Source: Octopus vulgaris (lineage: Eukaryota). Taken from it: a stretch of DNA of 64,000 nt. The notes beneath the pieces are model-generated. The model was not told where the DNA came from. It ran no database searches and saw only the letters and a list, made by a program, of their open reading frames with translations. How positions within the stretch are numbered: position 1 is the first letter of the stretch; every line of letters begins with the position of its first letter. Positions 13,530 to 26,174 of this stretch are shown piece after piece. Made by a program: the position numbers and the translations under genes. The DNA is taken from positions 46,562,001 to 46,626,000 of the forward strand of contig OX597823.1 of assembly GCA_951406725.2 (NCBI GenBank), given 5' to 3'.

Positions 13530-15276
13530 ATTGGCTACATATTTTGCTATTACTTTCAATATTCATTCTTCAATCCAAAAAATGTAGGTAAACTTCAATC
13601 GATTCTCAGAGAAAATAAAAGAGTAAAACAGCCAACACGGTATTCTGCTTCATTTTATCTTGATAGGTCAATTATTTGGTTACTGAATAATAACCTCTGT
13701 CCACCTTTAGCGTGTATCTCTAGAAAATAGATTAGACTACAAATTGTAACTCTATCTTGAAGTAGCTATATAGCGTGATAAAAAAAGTACAGTATATCGA
13801 CATGGCCTAAGTAAAAGCTGTATGTTTATGACTATTTTAGTTACCTGCAAAGTGTACTAATTTCTGTGTGCCTGTTTTATACAACCGCTTTCCTCAAGGA
13901 AGGCAAGAAAAAGTAACGCAGATGTATAAAACTTAGGCTTTTGAATCATGCTAACTATCTGCAGGGAGATTTAGAGGAAACACTCGTATTTGCAAGCCAT
14001 ATTGTAGTCTATGGAACAAGCTTCGAACTTTTAGGTCCCATGGTTAAAAAACAAAACGCTCGGCAATTTGTGATAAAAACATTAGGAGAATAGTTTCCAC
14101 ACTATTTATTAATAGTATAGAGCTACTAATAAAATGTGAAGACTTCATACTGTGATCTGACTTGACTAAAAGGTAGTTTTAATGTTGAGTTCATGATTGC
14201 CTTGGAGAAAGGCAACATAACGTAGGATTGAAAAATAGAAGTATTTAGGGAGGTGTTTGAGACATGAGGATGTCTCTTTCCAGAGATTGCAGACTATGTC
14301 GTAAGGTTTCTATCTTACGCCTTGATGTTGTACGAGCTGGTATTCGACGTACGAAAGACAAAAGTATAATTTACGAACTACAATGGAAAACATAAAAATC
14401 TCATCCTGAATATAAACAGAGACGAGACTGAAAGTACAAGAGCAAGGAGCAGAAAGATAATACAAGGTAAGTAAAAACGCAAAATAGTTACTGCACGGTT
14501 GGAGTGGTTGCAAATGACCATAGTTTGGTGTAATTGCTGCATAGCTAACATGAGAAGGAAAGTGTCCTATAACGTTGCCTACAAAAGCATAACACGCTCA
14601 GTGGAGCAACAACGTTACTAAGCATCACTAGAGGAAGCTATCCTTGTAGCTGTAGCAGAAATCATTGTGGTCTTCAACTCACAGCCGTTGAAAGTATTCT
14701 CCCAGAAAGCGAATTGCATGTACCTCACATACGCGCACACATACATATACTAACATATGTTTAGTACATACTTTTATTGGGCAATGAGCACAAAAAGAAG
14801 ACAGCTCAGTAGGAACAAGTTTTAACAAATGTCTTAGTTTAATGCTTAAAACGGAGGAAAAGCGTCTTGACGTTTCGGAGGTTAGGTGTTTATCAAAACG
14901 CTAAACGAATGAGGAAATATGGGAATATAAATTTAATGAGGAAAGATAGTTGAAAAATAAGCTTAGGGGTCACTTAGGAATATTGTTCTATGGGAAAGTT
15001 AGGAAGAAATGAGAATGTGGGGGTGTTGTGTGCATGTATAAGAGGGTATTCGTAAGCTAAGAAAAATGTGGTGTTTTAGAAAAAGTAAATATCAATGTAT
15101 TAGACAACATCTAAAATGTCAAAAAACACCTGTTGTACAGATTTGCACTGAAAGAAACAATATTAAATACCTCCTGATTCAATTTTAGGAAGGGTTTTTA
15201 ATTTATGCAGAGAGCAACCAATTTTGAGAAAAGGTACGCTAAAGTAGAACAATTATTTAATGATGATGTTATCCAT

Positions 15277-15486
15277 TAAACATTTAGATTATCCTGTCAA
15301 GCGTAATGCTTATTTATTTACATTGTTTTGAAATAGCCATGCATCATCCTGTAACTTCGAGATTTCGATGATGCGATAGTTTATTTTTAGAATGACCGTA
15401 TTGGGAGGTGCATTAGACTGAATCTGGCCAGTTTGAATATAAAATATTTGAGCAAGATATGGCCGAGTTAAATACTAAGGGGCTAA
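15277..15486. mobile_element. Possible piggyBac-like MITE, degenerate
   Basis: Ends resemble TTAAccctttag...ctaaagggTTAA but are mutated. Confidence 0.35.
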
Positions 15487-16605
15487 AAGAGAAATCAACT
15501 ACAGTGAGATCCGAACTTAAGTCCTATTTCAAGAACGATTACTTTATGATATTTCATAATAATTCCTTCCATTTCGGTGAACAGAACAGTCGCTCATGTC
15601 AGTTCCAGTACATGACTGTTAATTTATTTACTTGACGCTAGGAGGATGAAAAATAAATTTGACAGTATTTGAATTCAAAACACAAAGAGACGGAAAAAAT
15701 AAAAGCTTAAAGGCTTTCTTTCCAAAACTTAAATGATCCTGTTACTCAAAACATATATTATCATGTTTAATAATATGGAATTTTTTATAAGAGCTACCAT
15801 AATGACGTCAGCTTCTGTTTGCATAAAATTTTGTAACATGAATACGAATAATGACATTTTTTAGGATCGAAAGAATCGGTTGTTAACACTTTCATATGAT
15901 TCTCATGTAGATCAGTGACTTTTTGCTGAGAAACATCTGCAGAAACATCTGTAAGTCAATACTGCAAATTTAGCGTACTGCAGAGGCATTTGTAATCTGT
16001 CTCTTTAGCTTTTCTCTTTACAATCATCCTACTATTTGCATGAATTTCTATGTTGCGACATCGAGGCTACGTCGCAGCTGAATCACACACCGTTAGTTTT
16101 ATTTTACACAATTGTATTTCCATTAAATGCATTTTAATTTATTAATTGGGGTTTCCCAGTTCATTCGAACATTTCTAAAAGAGTTTATGCATTAAAGATA
16201 TAGCCCTTATGTTTTCTTAATCTTTTGTTAAGTATTTTACGCATTAGATTTTCAGAGGACGCCATTGTTGAAGAAATGTGATACGCACTAGCACGTAGTT
16301 GTATATGTATTTTTACCCGAATGTGCGTGTGGAAATTTATAGATATGTGTGTGTGCGCATGTGTGTGAGTGTGCATGTGTGTGCACGCGCACTCGTGTGC
16401 ATGCGGGTGCTCGCCTGCGTGCGTGCATGCGTGCGCATGTGCACTTAGGTATATATATAGAGAAAAAGATAAACGGATAGATCGATAAAGAAAATTTATG
16501 CGCGGGTATGTATATGTGCATATATATATATATATACATTAGCGTCGTATTATTACGTTCGCTATTTCCAGTAAATATCGGTACTTCGTTGTGCCATATA
16601 TTTAC

Positions 16606-16648
<43 letters not shown>

Positions 16649-16858
16649 TATATATATGTGTCTGTGTGTATGTATATATATTATATATAATGATAATAAT
16701 TATATATATATAATGTATTTATATATATGTATTATATATGTAGATATATATGGATTTACATACCCAAAATATGCATGCTTATATGTGTGTGTGTGTATGT
16801 ATACACACCTACATACATACAGACAGACATATATATTATTATTGTTGTTGTTGTTGTT

Positions 16859-17234
16859 ATTACCTCCGCCTTCGCTAAGGCGGAGGTATTGTTTACAGTC
16901 GTGTTTGTTTGCTTGTTTGTCTGTCCATGGACAAGATATCTCAAGAACCGCTTGATGGATTCGAATGAATCTTTCAGGGATGTTTAGCTTTCTAGCTGGC
17001 ACGGACTGATTAAATTTTGGCATCCATCTGGTACCGGACAGGATTCTGGATTATTTTTCCGTTTCTTTTTTACTAAAATTTTGAGAGCGGTCGGGTTCAT
17101 CTTTAGTATTCTCGTTTGTGAGAGCAGTTGAATTTATTTCAGATATTCTCATTTTTAAAATCATCTCCAACTAATCATTGGGTTGACGTTCTTGAATTGC
17201 TTTGGCGGAGGTTTGCGCTCTCTGAGTGCTCTTG
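16859..17234 (+). mobile_element. Non-autonomous Helentron-like element (HINE/DINE-1-like)
   Basis: 5' hairpin tacctccgcctt/aaggcggaggta (16861-16888), a (GTTT/GTCT)n microsatellite, a 3' subterminal inverted copy ggcggaggt (17204-17212) and a terminal hairpin gcgctc-tct-gagtgc. Confidence 0.8.
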
Positions 17235-17381
17235 ATAATATAATCATTATTATTGTTATTATTGTTATTATTATTACATATTATATATTTGTGTGTTTGT
17301 TACAACAATGATTAAGATATATACTTAAAAGAAGCGTTTCTGATTCACTCGATAACGGTACTCAGACGTAAACTTGGCCTT

Positions 17382-17602
<221 letters not shown>

Positions 17603-18027
17603 AATAATTGAAAGACAGATGGAATATACGAGAATTTATTATTAATCACGAGAATGGCTTCGACACATCTAGCATCGATGCCTCTTGGGTGGGACACTCA
17701 ACAACTGGTTCAGGAGTATCCGGTGGTGCAGATGTATCTCGTTGAATGATAAATAAATAAAAACAACTCGTTGAAATGAATGTTCCACAATGTAACTTTC
17801 TGGTTTATAGAGAGTAAAACAGCCACACGGAAGAAAAATCTTCCTATATATAGAAGATCAAAAACAAAATTGCAGATAACAAAAGAGAAACGAACGCGTA
17901 ATTCTTAAAGATGATTAAAAAGACATTCGATAAGTAGATTATCTCCCTTGTCTAGGCGGCTCTCCATGCAGACAATTCTACTTCCGCGGACTACCCATGC
18001 CATTGTTGTTGTGTGTCACGCTATATC

Positions 18028-18534
18028 ATGAATGTTAAGCAGCTCGAGTTAAAGAATTATTTACGATTACATGGACAGTATGTTACTGGAAAAAAGGCGG
18101 ATTTTGTTGAAAGGTCAAAAGGTATTAAAATTCTTTCGATAAACAACGTCAATGAATTAAAATCAGCAGACGAGAAGTGAACTTCAGACCGGAATAAGCA
18201 GAAACTTGTATCTCCTCTCGGTGAAGTTTTACCTGATCCTAATGTGCTGAACTCAGATTGGACTGAAGATCGTAAGTTGCCGAATTTTACAGATAATGAC
18301 GTTTATAACTACCTCGTGTTAAGGAGTGGCATATTTTACCATGACAGACACGTCCACAACATTGAATATCACGATGTTACCGAAAACTACTCTCACTGCA
18401 TTGTCCGGTATGTAGTACTCCCGTCAAAATCAAGATCTAGCAAAAAGAACAATCCTGATCACACAGTGTCAAAGGTCACTGGCAATGTGCATTCAGCTGA
18501 TTGCAACTGCACTGCAGGGAAAGAACCAGTTTAA
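18028..18534 (+). pseudogene. SAP domain plus SWIM-type zinc-finger start (N-terminus of an ISL2EU ORF2/YqaJ-type protein), disrupted
   Basis: ELKNYLRLHGQYVTGKKADFVER is SAP-like and VSKVTGNVHSADCNCTAG is the start of a SWIM finger. Frameshift near 18045 and in-frame TGA at 18178. Confidence 0.7.
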
Positions 18535-18744
18535 TTATTTTGACTTTTTTCCCTTCTCAAAAATAAATTGCATTTTTTATGGCTGTAAATAAATAAATAT
18601 ATAATTAAAACAATAAATAATAAATAAATGAGACATAATTTTGAATATTTTTTATTCCTATCATATTTATCAAATATGCACATCATATTTATCAAATAGC
18701 ACAGTCACATACATATATCTGAAGTTTGTCTAATAAACGGATGG

Positions 18745-18978
18745 CTAGGGGTGATCTGTCGATGTTCCATTAGAATTGACGAAATGCTGGGAGCAAATCT
18801 GGCTATTTGCAGTGTAAACAAAGTCTTTCCTCACAAGTCTCAATCTCTGAAGCCAAATACGGCGAATAGCGACGTTTGCAAGGTAACTATGAAGTGAAAT
18901 AACTTTGCCGTCTATATTCTTTCCTCTATAATTGCTGCATATACAACAGTATTTGCGCGATTTCTTCGGAGACATCAT
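18745..18978 (-). pseudogene. THAP zinc-finger domain, truncated transposase N-terminus
   Basis: YCCICSN...ISLHSY...RRIWL...ICSQHF...P matches the C2CH THAP signature. Confidence 0.85.
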
Positions 18979-19199
18979 ATAGCCTCTGAGTCGTTAGTCC
19001 GCGGAAGTAAATGCAAGTTACCTACGGTAGAGTTCCAATCAGGGGCGGATAACCACCTTATCGGAATGACCTTCTCTCTACTTTGTTCACATATCGAGTG
19101 ACGATGCTGTACTCTTTCATGCCTGACGATACTGTCCACATGCAGGTGCTGGGGCATACAGCTCTCTCCCTTAAAGTATCTATGATGGCCTGCTAGAAA

Positions 19200-19920
19200 C
19201 TATAGAATTTCTTACCTGTCGTGGAAGAACTGGATATGGTTCCGATTACTCAAGAGAGGAAGAAAATCATCGACAACTGGCCTTCCGGCAAGACTCCATG
19301 TTTGGAAACGATCAGGTAGAAACAAACAGATATGCAAAGGCTGTATTATTAAGCCACTTGCACGAAATACTTACAGTACCAATGGCGGAAAGAAGTGGAC
19401 AGTATCGTCAGGCATGAAAGCGTACAACATCGTCACTCGATATGTGAACAAAGTAGAGAGAAGCAACTGTAACAACTATAAGGTAACGTCTTTTTGATCA
19501 TCTTTAGGAAAGTATACACCTGCATGTTTCAGAACAGATGACAGAAAATCGCAGAAATGATATATCCTGTGTTTCTATATAGATTTCGATTAGAACGATC
19601 CGCAAATGATGAAATCCTTTCCTTTCGAGAATTAAATAAAAATGCAGAGATCAAAAAGTACTGCTTCATACCACATTTGACATCACGACGGCTTTCAGCC
19701 TTGTGAGTAGAAACGACCTGTTTAGAATTCCCTTAAGGATTGGTTGTCGCCCGAGGCTCTGCTGTATAGTTCAGTCATTCCATTCAGACATGAAGGACGT
19801 TATTATGTTTGACGGCTCATTGTCAGTGGACTCCAGCATGCACAGCAACGTGTAACAAGGTTGTGTGCTCCGTATATTCTTTATAGTCACGTTTATGCAC
19901 ACCTTTAGAAGATGATGGAT
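19200..19920 (+). mobile_element. RTE-clade LINE reverse transcriptase fragment
   Basis: Decayed motifs SGKTP, MKAYNIVT.Y.NK.ERSNCNNY, FDITTAF..VSR, IGC.P, FHSDM and QGCVL in RTE order. Confidence 0.85.
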
Positions 19921-20434
19921 TCTCACATCGATTGCGTTGTATGGGCGGCATCATGTTATTCGATCATCCGGACAACTACATATTAAATTAGCATTCGAAG
20001 CGGTTGAGTATTCCGCAGAAAAGTGTAGTCTTAATGTATTTCTCAGATTCAGTCTATGTACCACAGATCTGACTAGGTTAGACCTTTGACTAACAGGCAT
20101 GGTCCATCAAATAGCTTCCATAGAGTTTCCGTTTCCCTAACTGCTAATAAGGTATGGGTCAACACTATGTTATAGCAAATGCATCTTCCTGTGTTGACAC
20201 GCAGCGGAATCGAACCCAGGACTACGTCGATTATAAACTGAAGGTGTTAGCATTCACGCCAGTTCGGACAGTCAACTGCAACACTTTATAGAAAGCTTCA
20301 CAAGAACTACCAGAAATTCAGCTTGATCATCAACCTGAAGAAGAGCTAGGTGTCGGTCCAAGGTATTGAAAATTTTAAAGACATATCCTTAAAGAAATTG
20401 CGAACTAGGGGCAGGCCATGTCTTCATACACTCA

Positions 20435-20676
20435 AACACACACACACACACTCACACACACACTCACACACACACACACACACTCACACACACATATATA
20501 CATATATACACACATAAATCCACGATATACATGAATGCAGGCATGCATACACACATACATACATACATACACACATACATACATACATACATACATACAT
20601 ACATACACACACACATACATACATACATACATACATACATACATACATACATACATACATACATACATACATACAT
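20435..20676. repeat. (CA)n/(CATA)n microsatellite
   Basis: Directly visible. Confidence 0.9.
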
Positions 20677-21764
20677 TTATGTACACAGTTATGCGATGCT
20701 TGCCTCATCTTGCCAGATGACTCGTATTATTTTGACTGCTAGTTTTATATCAGAGTAACTTTTTCTTTAAAGCGCTACCTTACCCCAATGCGTTGTCAAA
20801 ATTAACAGAAGCCACTGCTACTCCTGGGAAACATATTTAACGCATGCAGGGGACCCCGACAGGTACTAATGATCCGGATCAGAACGGACCTGAGCGTAAT
20901 AGTAATTAAGGGGCGACACAATTTCTGAACTCCTGAACCGGAGTCTCATCGCTAGGTGCAATTTAATGTCATACGCAGGACAAATACAGTTCGATACATA
21001 GACACATATGTACACACACTGTGCTTTGTGAGCATACATAGATGCATTTAAAGACATTCGAATGTGCACATATTGAAATTTTCTTAAGTGTTGGAGTCTT
21101 TATGATGTAAACTAATAAGTTATATGAAAAATCTATATAAAGTATAATAGCTGAGAAAGTATGATAAATAAAGTATGATAGCTCATACGTGAAAATAATA
21201 CTCTTAGAATAATGCAAATATATGCAGTTATGTGATGATATAGATTTAGTTTCGCATAATGTGGTTGTTAACATGTAAATATATATTGTAAAGTGAATCT
21301 TGTAGCGTGTAAACGAGGAAATATTGAATTAATGACAGGAGGAAATAATTATGATAATGATCTCTTTTGATTTGGCACAAGGACAATATATTTTAATGGT
21401 GAGTAAGGGAATGGAATCTCTCATGGTGACAGGTAGCGTGCGGGGTGAGGTTAATAGGAAATTGAAATCGAACGGTATTTGAAATCTTAAGTTAAAAACT
21501 TGGATGCACGTATGGTTTCTTGTATTCTGATTTATCTGAAATTTTTCTGTGAGGAAGTGGGTACTGGTTTCTGACAGAGATACAAAGCCTGTTATCTGAA
21601 TATAGATGACAAAAACAAACTCAAACTCTAAAATTGCAAAAGTCTTGTATATATTTACTGTTCCATTTACAAATTGTATTTCTAATGTGTGCAAGAGCTG
21701 GTTGATTTCTTTTTCTAAAGTGCCCAGCTTATCCAGATTGCCACTTTGGTATTTACTCACAAAA

Positions 21765-22002
21765 GGCGGCTAGCTGGCAGAAATGTTAGCACGTCGGACG
21801 AACTGCTTAGCGGTATTTCGTCTGCCGCTACGTTCTGAGTTCAAATTCGGCCGAGGTCGACTTTGCCTTTCATCCTTTCCGGGTCGATTAAATAAGTACC
21901 AGTTACGCACTGGGGTCGATATAATCGACTTAATCCGTTTGTCTGTCCTTGTTTGTCCCTTCTGTGCTTAGCCCCTTGTGGATAGTAAAGAAATAGGTAT
22001 TT
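21765..22002 (+). mobile_element. SINE family B, full-length young copy with 17-bp TSD
   Basis: TSD ggtatttactcacaaaa at 21748-21764 and 21996-22012. Confidence 0.95.
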
Positions 22003-22254
22003 ACTCACAAAACCAAACTACATCAAATATCATTGGTATGAATTTGAATATATATAATCTGGGTATATGCTGTATCCTCCTTCTCCAATGTCGTGGCACT
22101 GACACGATATCGTGACGGATGGTTTTGATACACTGTACCAGTGGTGTAACAGTAAACAAGATAACGATGCAGCCGTAGTAACAACGTAACATTGCAGCAA
22201 TCTCTTCAGGAACCAACAATCAATATTCCAAACGAACTAGCCAACCGACACCTT

Positions 22255-22559
22255 CCAACTACGAAGTTCTTCCCCGCCCAGCTTATTCCACAGACATTCC
22301 TCCAACTGACTACAACTTTATCGAGCACCTTGATGGTTTCCTGCGAGAAGAGGAGTTCAAAAATGAAACCGATGCTGAAAGTGCGTTCAAAGAGTTCATC
22401 GACTCCAGAACCCCAGATTTTTATGTTACCAGAATAAACAAACTTGTAATTCGTTGGCAAAACTGTGTTGATTGTAATGGTATTTTTTTTATGTATAAAA
22501 TTTCCGCTTTGTCATGAATTTCATGTTTCAAAACGTTGCTTACTTTCTATTCAACCTGA
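22255..22559 (+). mobile_element. Mariner transposase 3' fragment and right end
   Basis: NYEVLPRPAYSTDIPPTDYNFIEHLDGFL...FIDSRTPDFY..RINKLVIRWQNCVDCNG, followed by a TIR-like end and TA. Confidence 0.85.
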
Positions 22560-22605
22560 TATATATAAGTAAATACATTATATAAACAAGTGTATGTATA
22601 TATGT

Positions 22606-22657
<52 letters not shown>

Positions 22658-22713
22658 TGTTTGTTTGTATTCCACCTGCCTTCGTCTTTTGTTTATTTTC
22701 ATAAAGCTTCCCG

Positions 22714-22770
<57 letters not shown>

Positions 22771-22796
22771 GTTTCTTGGTACACACATATACATAC

Positions 22797-22842
<46 letters not shown>

Positions 22843-22999
22843 ATGTCTGTACGCAAATGTACATATTGTGTAATATATAAGTGTGTACCTAGAAACTTGC
22901 ATTCATGATAGCTTAGAGATATACATACCATGACAATGCATTGTATAAATACATACATGCGTACATGCATACAGGTCATACAGTTCATTATATATATAT

Positions 23000-23267
<268 letters not shown>

Positions 23268-23453
23268 ACACACACACATTTACCGGTAAAGTGAGAAAGA
23301 GAGGAAGAAAGGAGAAAGAGTGAGAGAAAGAGTGAGAGAAAGGGGCAGAGAGAGAAAAAAAGAGGATGTAATGCCTGCATTTGCTCATCGTTATCAGTCC
23401 AAACCTTATTCATTTATTAATCTATAAATAGCAAATAGTTATATGCTTTAGAT

Positions 23454-23648
23454 CAGGGGTGGGCAAACTTTTTTGATCGCGGGCCGCACAGTGCGTCTTT
23501 GGAACCTTGGCGGGCCTCATTTATAAAAATCAAGTCAAAATATTGTGAATTACCGTACAGTTACGAAGTATCTGCATAGAAGTTGGGATTCATAAAAGCT
23601 CTCGGAGGGGCCGCATGCGGCCCGCGGGCCGTAGTTTGCCCACCCCTG
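23454..23648. mobile_element. hAT (Charlie-like) MITE
   Basis: TIRs caggggtgggcaaact / agtttgcccacccctg with perfect 8-bp TSD ctttagat (23446-23453 and 23649-23656). Confidence 0.95.
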
Positions 23649-24099
23649 CTTTAGATTATGACGTTACATCTCCGGAATATAAGAAAAAATGTTCTCGATC
23701 CATTGAAGGATTGCGGTAAGTTACGTCAGAATAAATCAGCCTTATAGACACTGAGTCGTCGTTATCAAAAGAAATTAACTGTAAATGTCTTCCATGAGAA
23801 ATGTTAACGAAACTTTTTTGATCAGTCTTCTTTTGTGCTCAGCGAATGGCGACACAATCAAGCTGGATTCAGCAAGTGCTTGTGTATGTTACATAATATT
23901 CAATGTGTTAGATTACAAATACAGTCCACTTTCTGTTATTGAAACACGAAATCGGTCTGTGTATTTCAAATATTTAATCTTTATTTATGCTCGCAATCAT
24001 ACTCATTAGGATTATGAATTTTTCAAGACTTAATAACTCTGTAGTATAATTCGATGAATAATTTCATAAATGTCAAGAATCTAACTTCTTTTTTTTTTC

Positions 24100-26170
24100 T
24101 TTATTTGAAAAAAAAAACGTCACCCCCAACTTAAATCATGCAAAATTCTAGGCTGGTTCATAACTCCTGCTTAAGCTTTTACTAAACTTGGTGTACTTAC
24201 TCAATGTAATGCAGAAAGTATAAATCTGCAATTTCAGGTTTCTAGTTGAAGTAGTTTCGGAGTTATGGGTTTTTAAAACAATGATTACTAGGTGACACTA
24301 GATTCTCACTTCACTGTTTCCGCAGTCAAAATCCTTGTAAACGCAAGAGAGATGTGAAATAAAAGTGTATTTATACATTTTTAAGATTACTGAATTGAAA
24401 TTGCTCTATGAAAATGTTCAAAACTATGCTATTTTAAGGCAGAGGCCACATACGATAACATACACAATTAAAAACCATACGTATTTTTAACTTTATCGGT
24501 TGACTTCCAATTTTAAATAACTGAATAAGAAAAGGGTGCTGAATGTTAGCAAATTTTTAAACATAACAAAGAATTAATGTTTTGTTAGATAAAATAAATC
24601 GAAGCTGAGGTTTCTCCTTTTTACAAACAACATAAATATCTTGAAGGCACTTAATTCCTCGTTCTGCACTCTGATTTGTTCTGGGAATTTCCTGTTTTTA
24701 TGGTTCTCGACTCCAAAAAAATTTTTTACAGAGTTCAGTGCTTTTTTATGAACTTGCAGGCTACCACATAACTTCTGATATTCATGTGCATTGAACATTT
24801 GGTCAGTAAACCAAAAATCTGCCCAACTGTAACAGATGTAACGACAAACATTGAGAAGCAAACCTCTTTTCTCTGGTAGAAGAATAAATGCCAAAAGAGC
24901 TAGAATTGCTCGAGAATTCCATTACTTAAGAATTGCATTACTTAAGTTGGGTATTTGTTGAAACTTTACAGTAGGAAATTTGCCGGTTTCTTCAAAGAAA
25001 CGAAAAACTCTGGTCAAATGAAATAGAAATTTCATGTCATCTCGCCATCCTGCTGATTCAGTAATCTTTCTTCACCATTGTTGAAATTAGCCTGGAGTTT
25101 CTCGTAATTACTTAGAAGCTCTGGGATGAATGTATATTCAATATTGGGAGATGACTTTTTTTCTCCAAGTTCGTTATCCATTACAACATGAAGAACTCTA
25201 TCAAGAATATGATGCTGACAACCTATAAATGGCAGTTCTTTCAACCCCTTTTAGCAAACAGTCTTTGAGACTGAATGACAATGCCTTTTCTTTTTTCAGT
25301 GTTCATACTCGTTGTATCAGCGGCAGTCATCTTTACATAGTTCCATAAATTGTATTCATCTAAAACAGCAGTTATTCCTTTCACAACAGTATCGGAAAAA
25401 CCGATACTGTTGTGAAAGGCGGTGAGCTGGCAGAATCTTTAGCACACCGGGCGAAATGCTTGGCGGTATTTTGTCTGCAGTTACGTTCTTAGTTCAAATT
25501 CCGCCGAGGCCGACTTTGCTTTTCATCCTTTCAGGGTCGATAAATTAAGTACTAGTTACGCACTGGGGGTCGATGTAATCGACTTAATACCTTTGATCTT
25601 GTTTGTCCCCTCTATGTTTAGCCACTTATGGGCAATAAAGAAATAAGTATTGTTTTTTTTTTTCCCGTTTGGTGATTGGAGTGCTTCTAACTTAACTTCC
25701 ATCTGTTCATTCTTTAAAACTAGCACTTGGTATTCTTGAATCATCAATACGTTTATCTTCAAAATGCAATGACCAGTTTTCTAAATGTTTTTTCTTCATT
25801 TTCTTTTTTAGTTTAACAGCTTCTTTGAAAGTCGATGTGTAAATACCAGATTGGGAAGGAGTCTCGACATTGATTCCATTTTGAGATAATTGTCGATTAA
25901 CTGTTGCTATTTTTCGGGTTGATAGCTTGGTTGCAGTTCCAATTTTGCTATACTACCTCCTTGATTGTGTGGATTCTTTATCTGATTTTTCGGACTCTTG
26001 ATATTCACTTTCAGTCTCTGCTTCAGACGGTGACGATGATACTGATGTTGCTTCTTACCACATATCTACGTCTGCTTCCCCTCACCGACAAAGGAAATGG
26101 ATCTTCAGTTTCTACGATGAGTATGCAGTCGTTCTATCTGCTAAACTGCCAATTCGTTGAATAAGCGTTT
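24100..26170 (-). mobile_element. Decayed DNA transposase, probably hATm-like
   Basis: Frameshifted motifs LHFEDK (cf. HxDGK), ADTTSMNT, FIGCQHHILDR, WRDDMKFL and WNSRAILAL across ORFs 25556-25762, 25032-25244 and 24574-24894. Interrupted by a SINE B; termini not resolved. Confidence 0.7.
25418..25650 (+). mobile_element. SINE family B inserted in the transposase
   Basis: Full family B sequence ggcggtgagctggcag...aaagaaataagtat. Confidence 0.92.
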
Positions 26171-26174
26171 AAAT

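Larger units (their letters stand above)
17954..19058. mobile_element. Internally deleted ISL2EU/IS4EU-like (PIF/Harbinger-related) DNA transposon
   Basis: Two convergent truncated ORFs (THAP; SAP plus SWIM-like), imperfect termini aggcggctctcc / ggataaccacct, and a perfect 15-bp subterminal inverted motif. Confidence 0.7.

Noticed and set aside
22160-22212. CTGAAGA plus hairpin on the minus strand
   Set aside because: GAAA and the cleavage triplet are absent.
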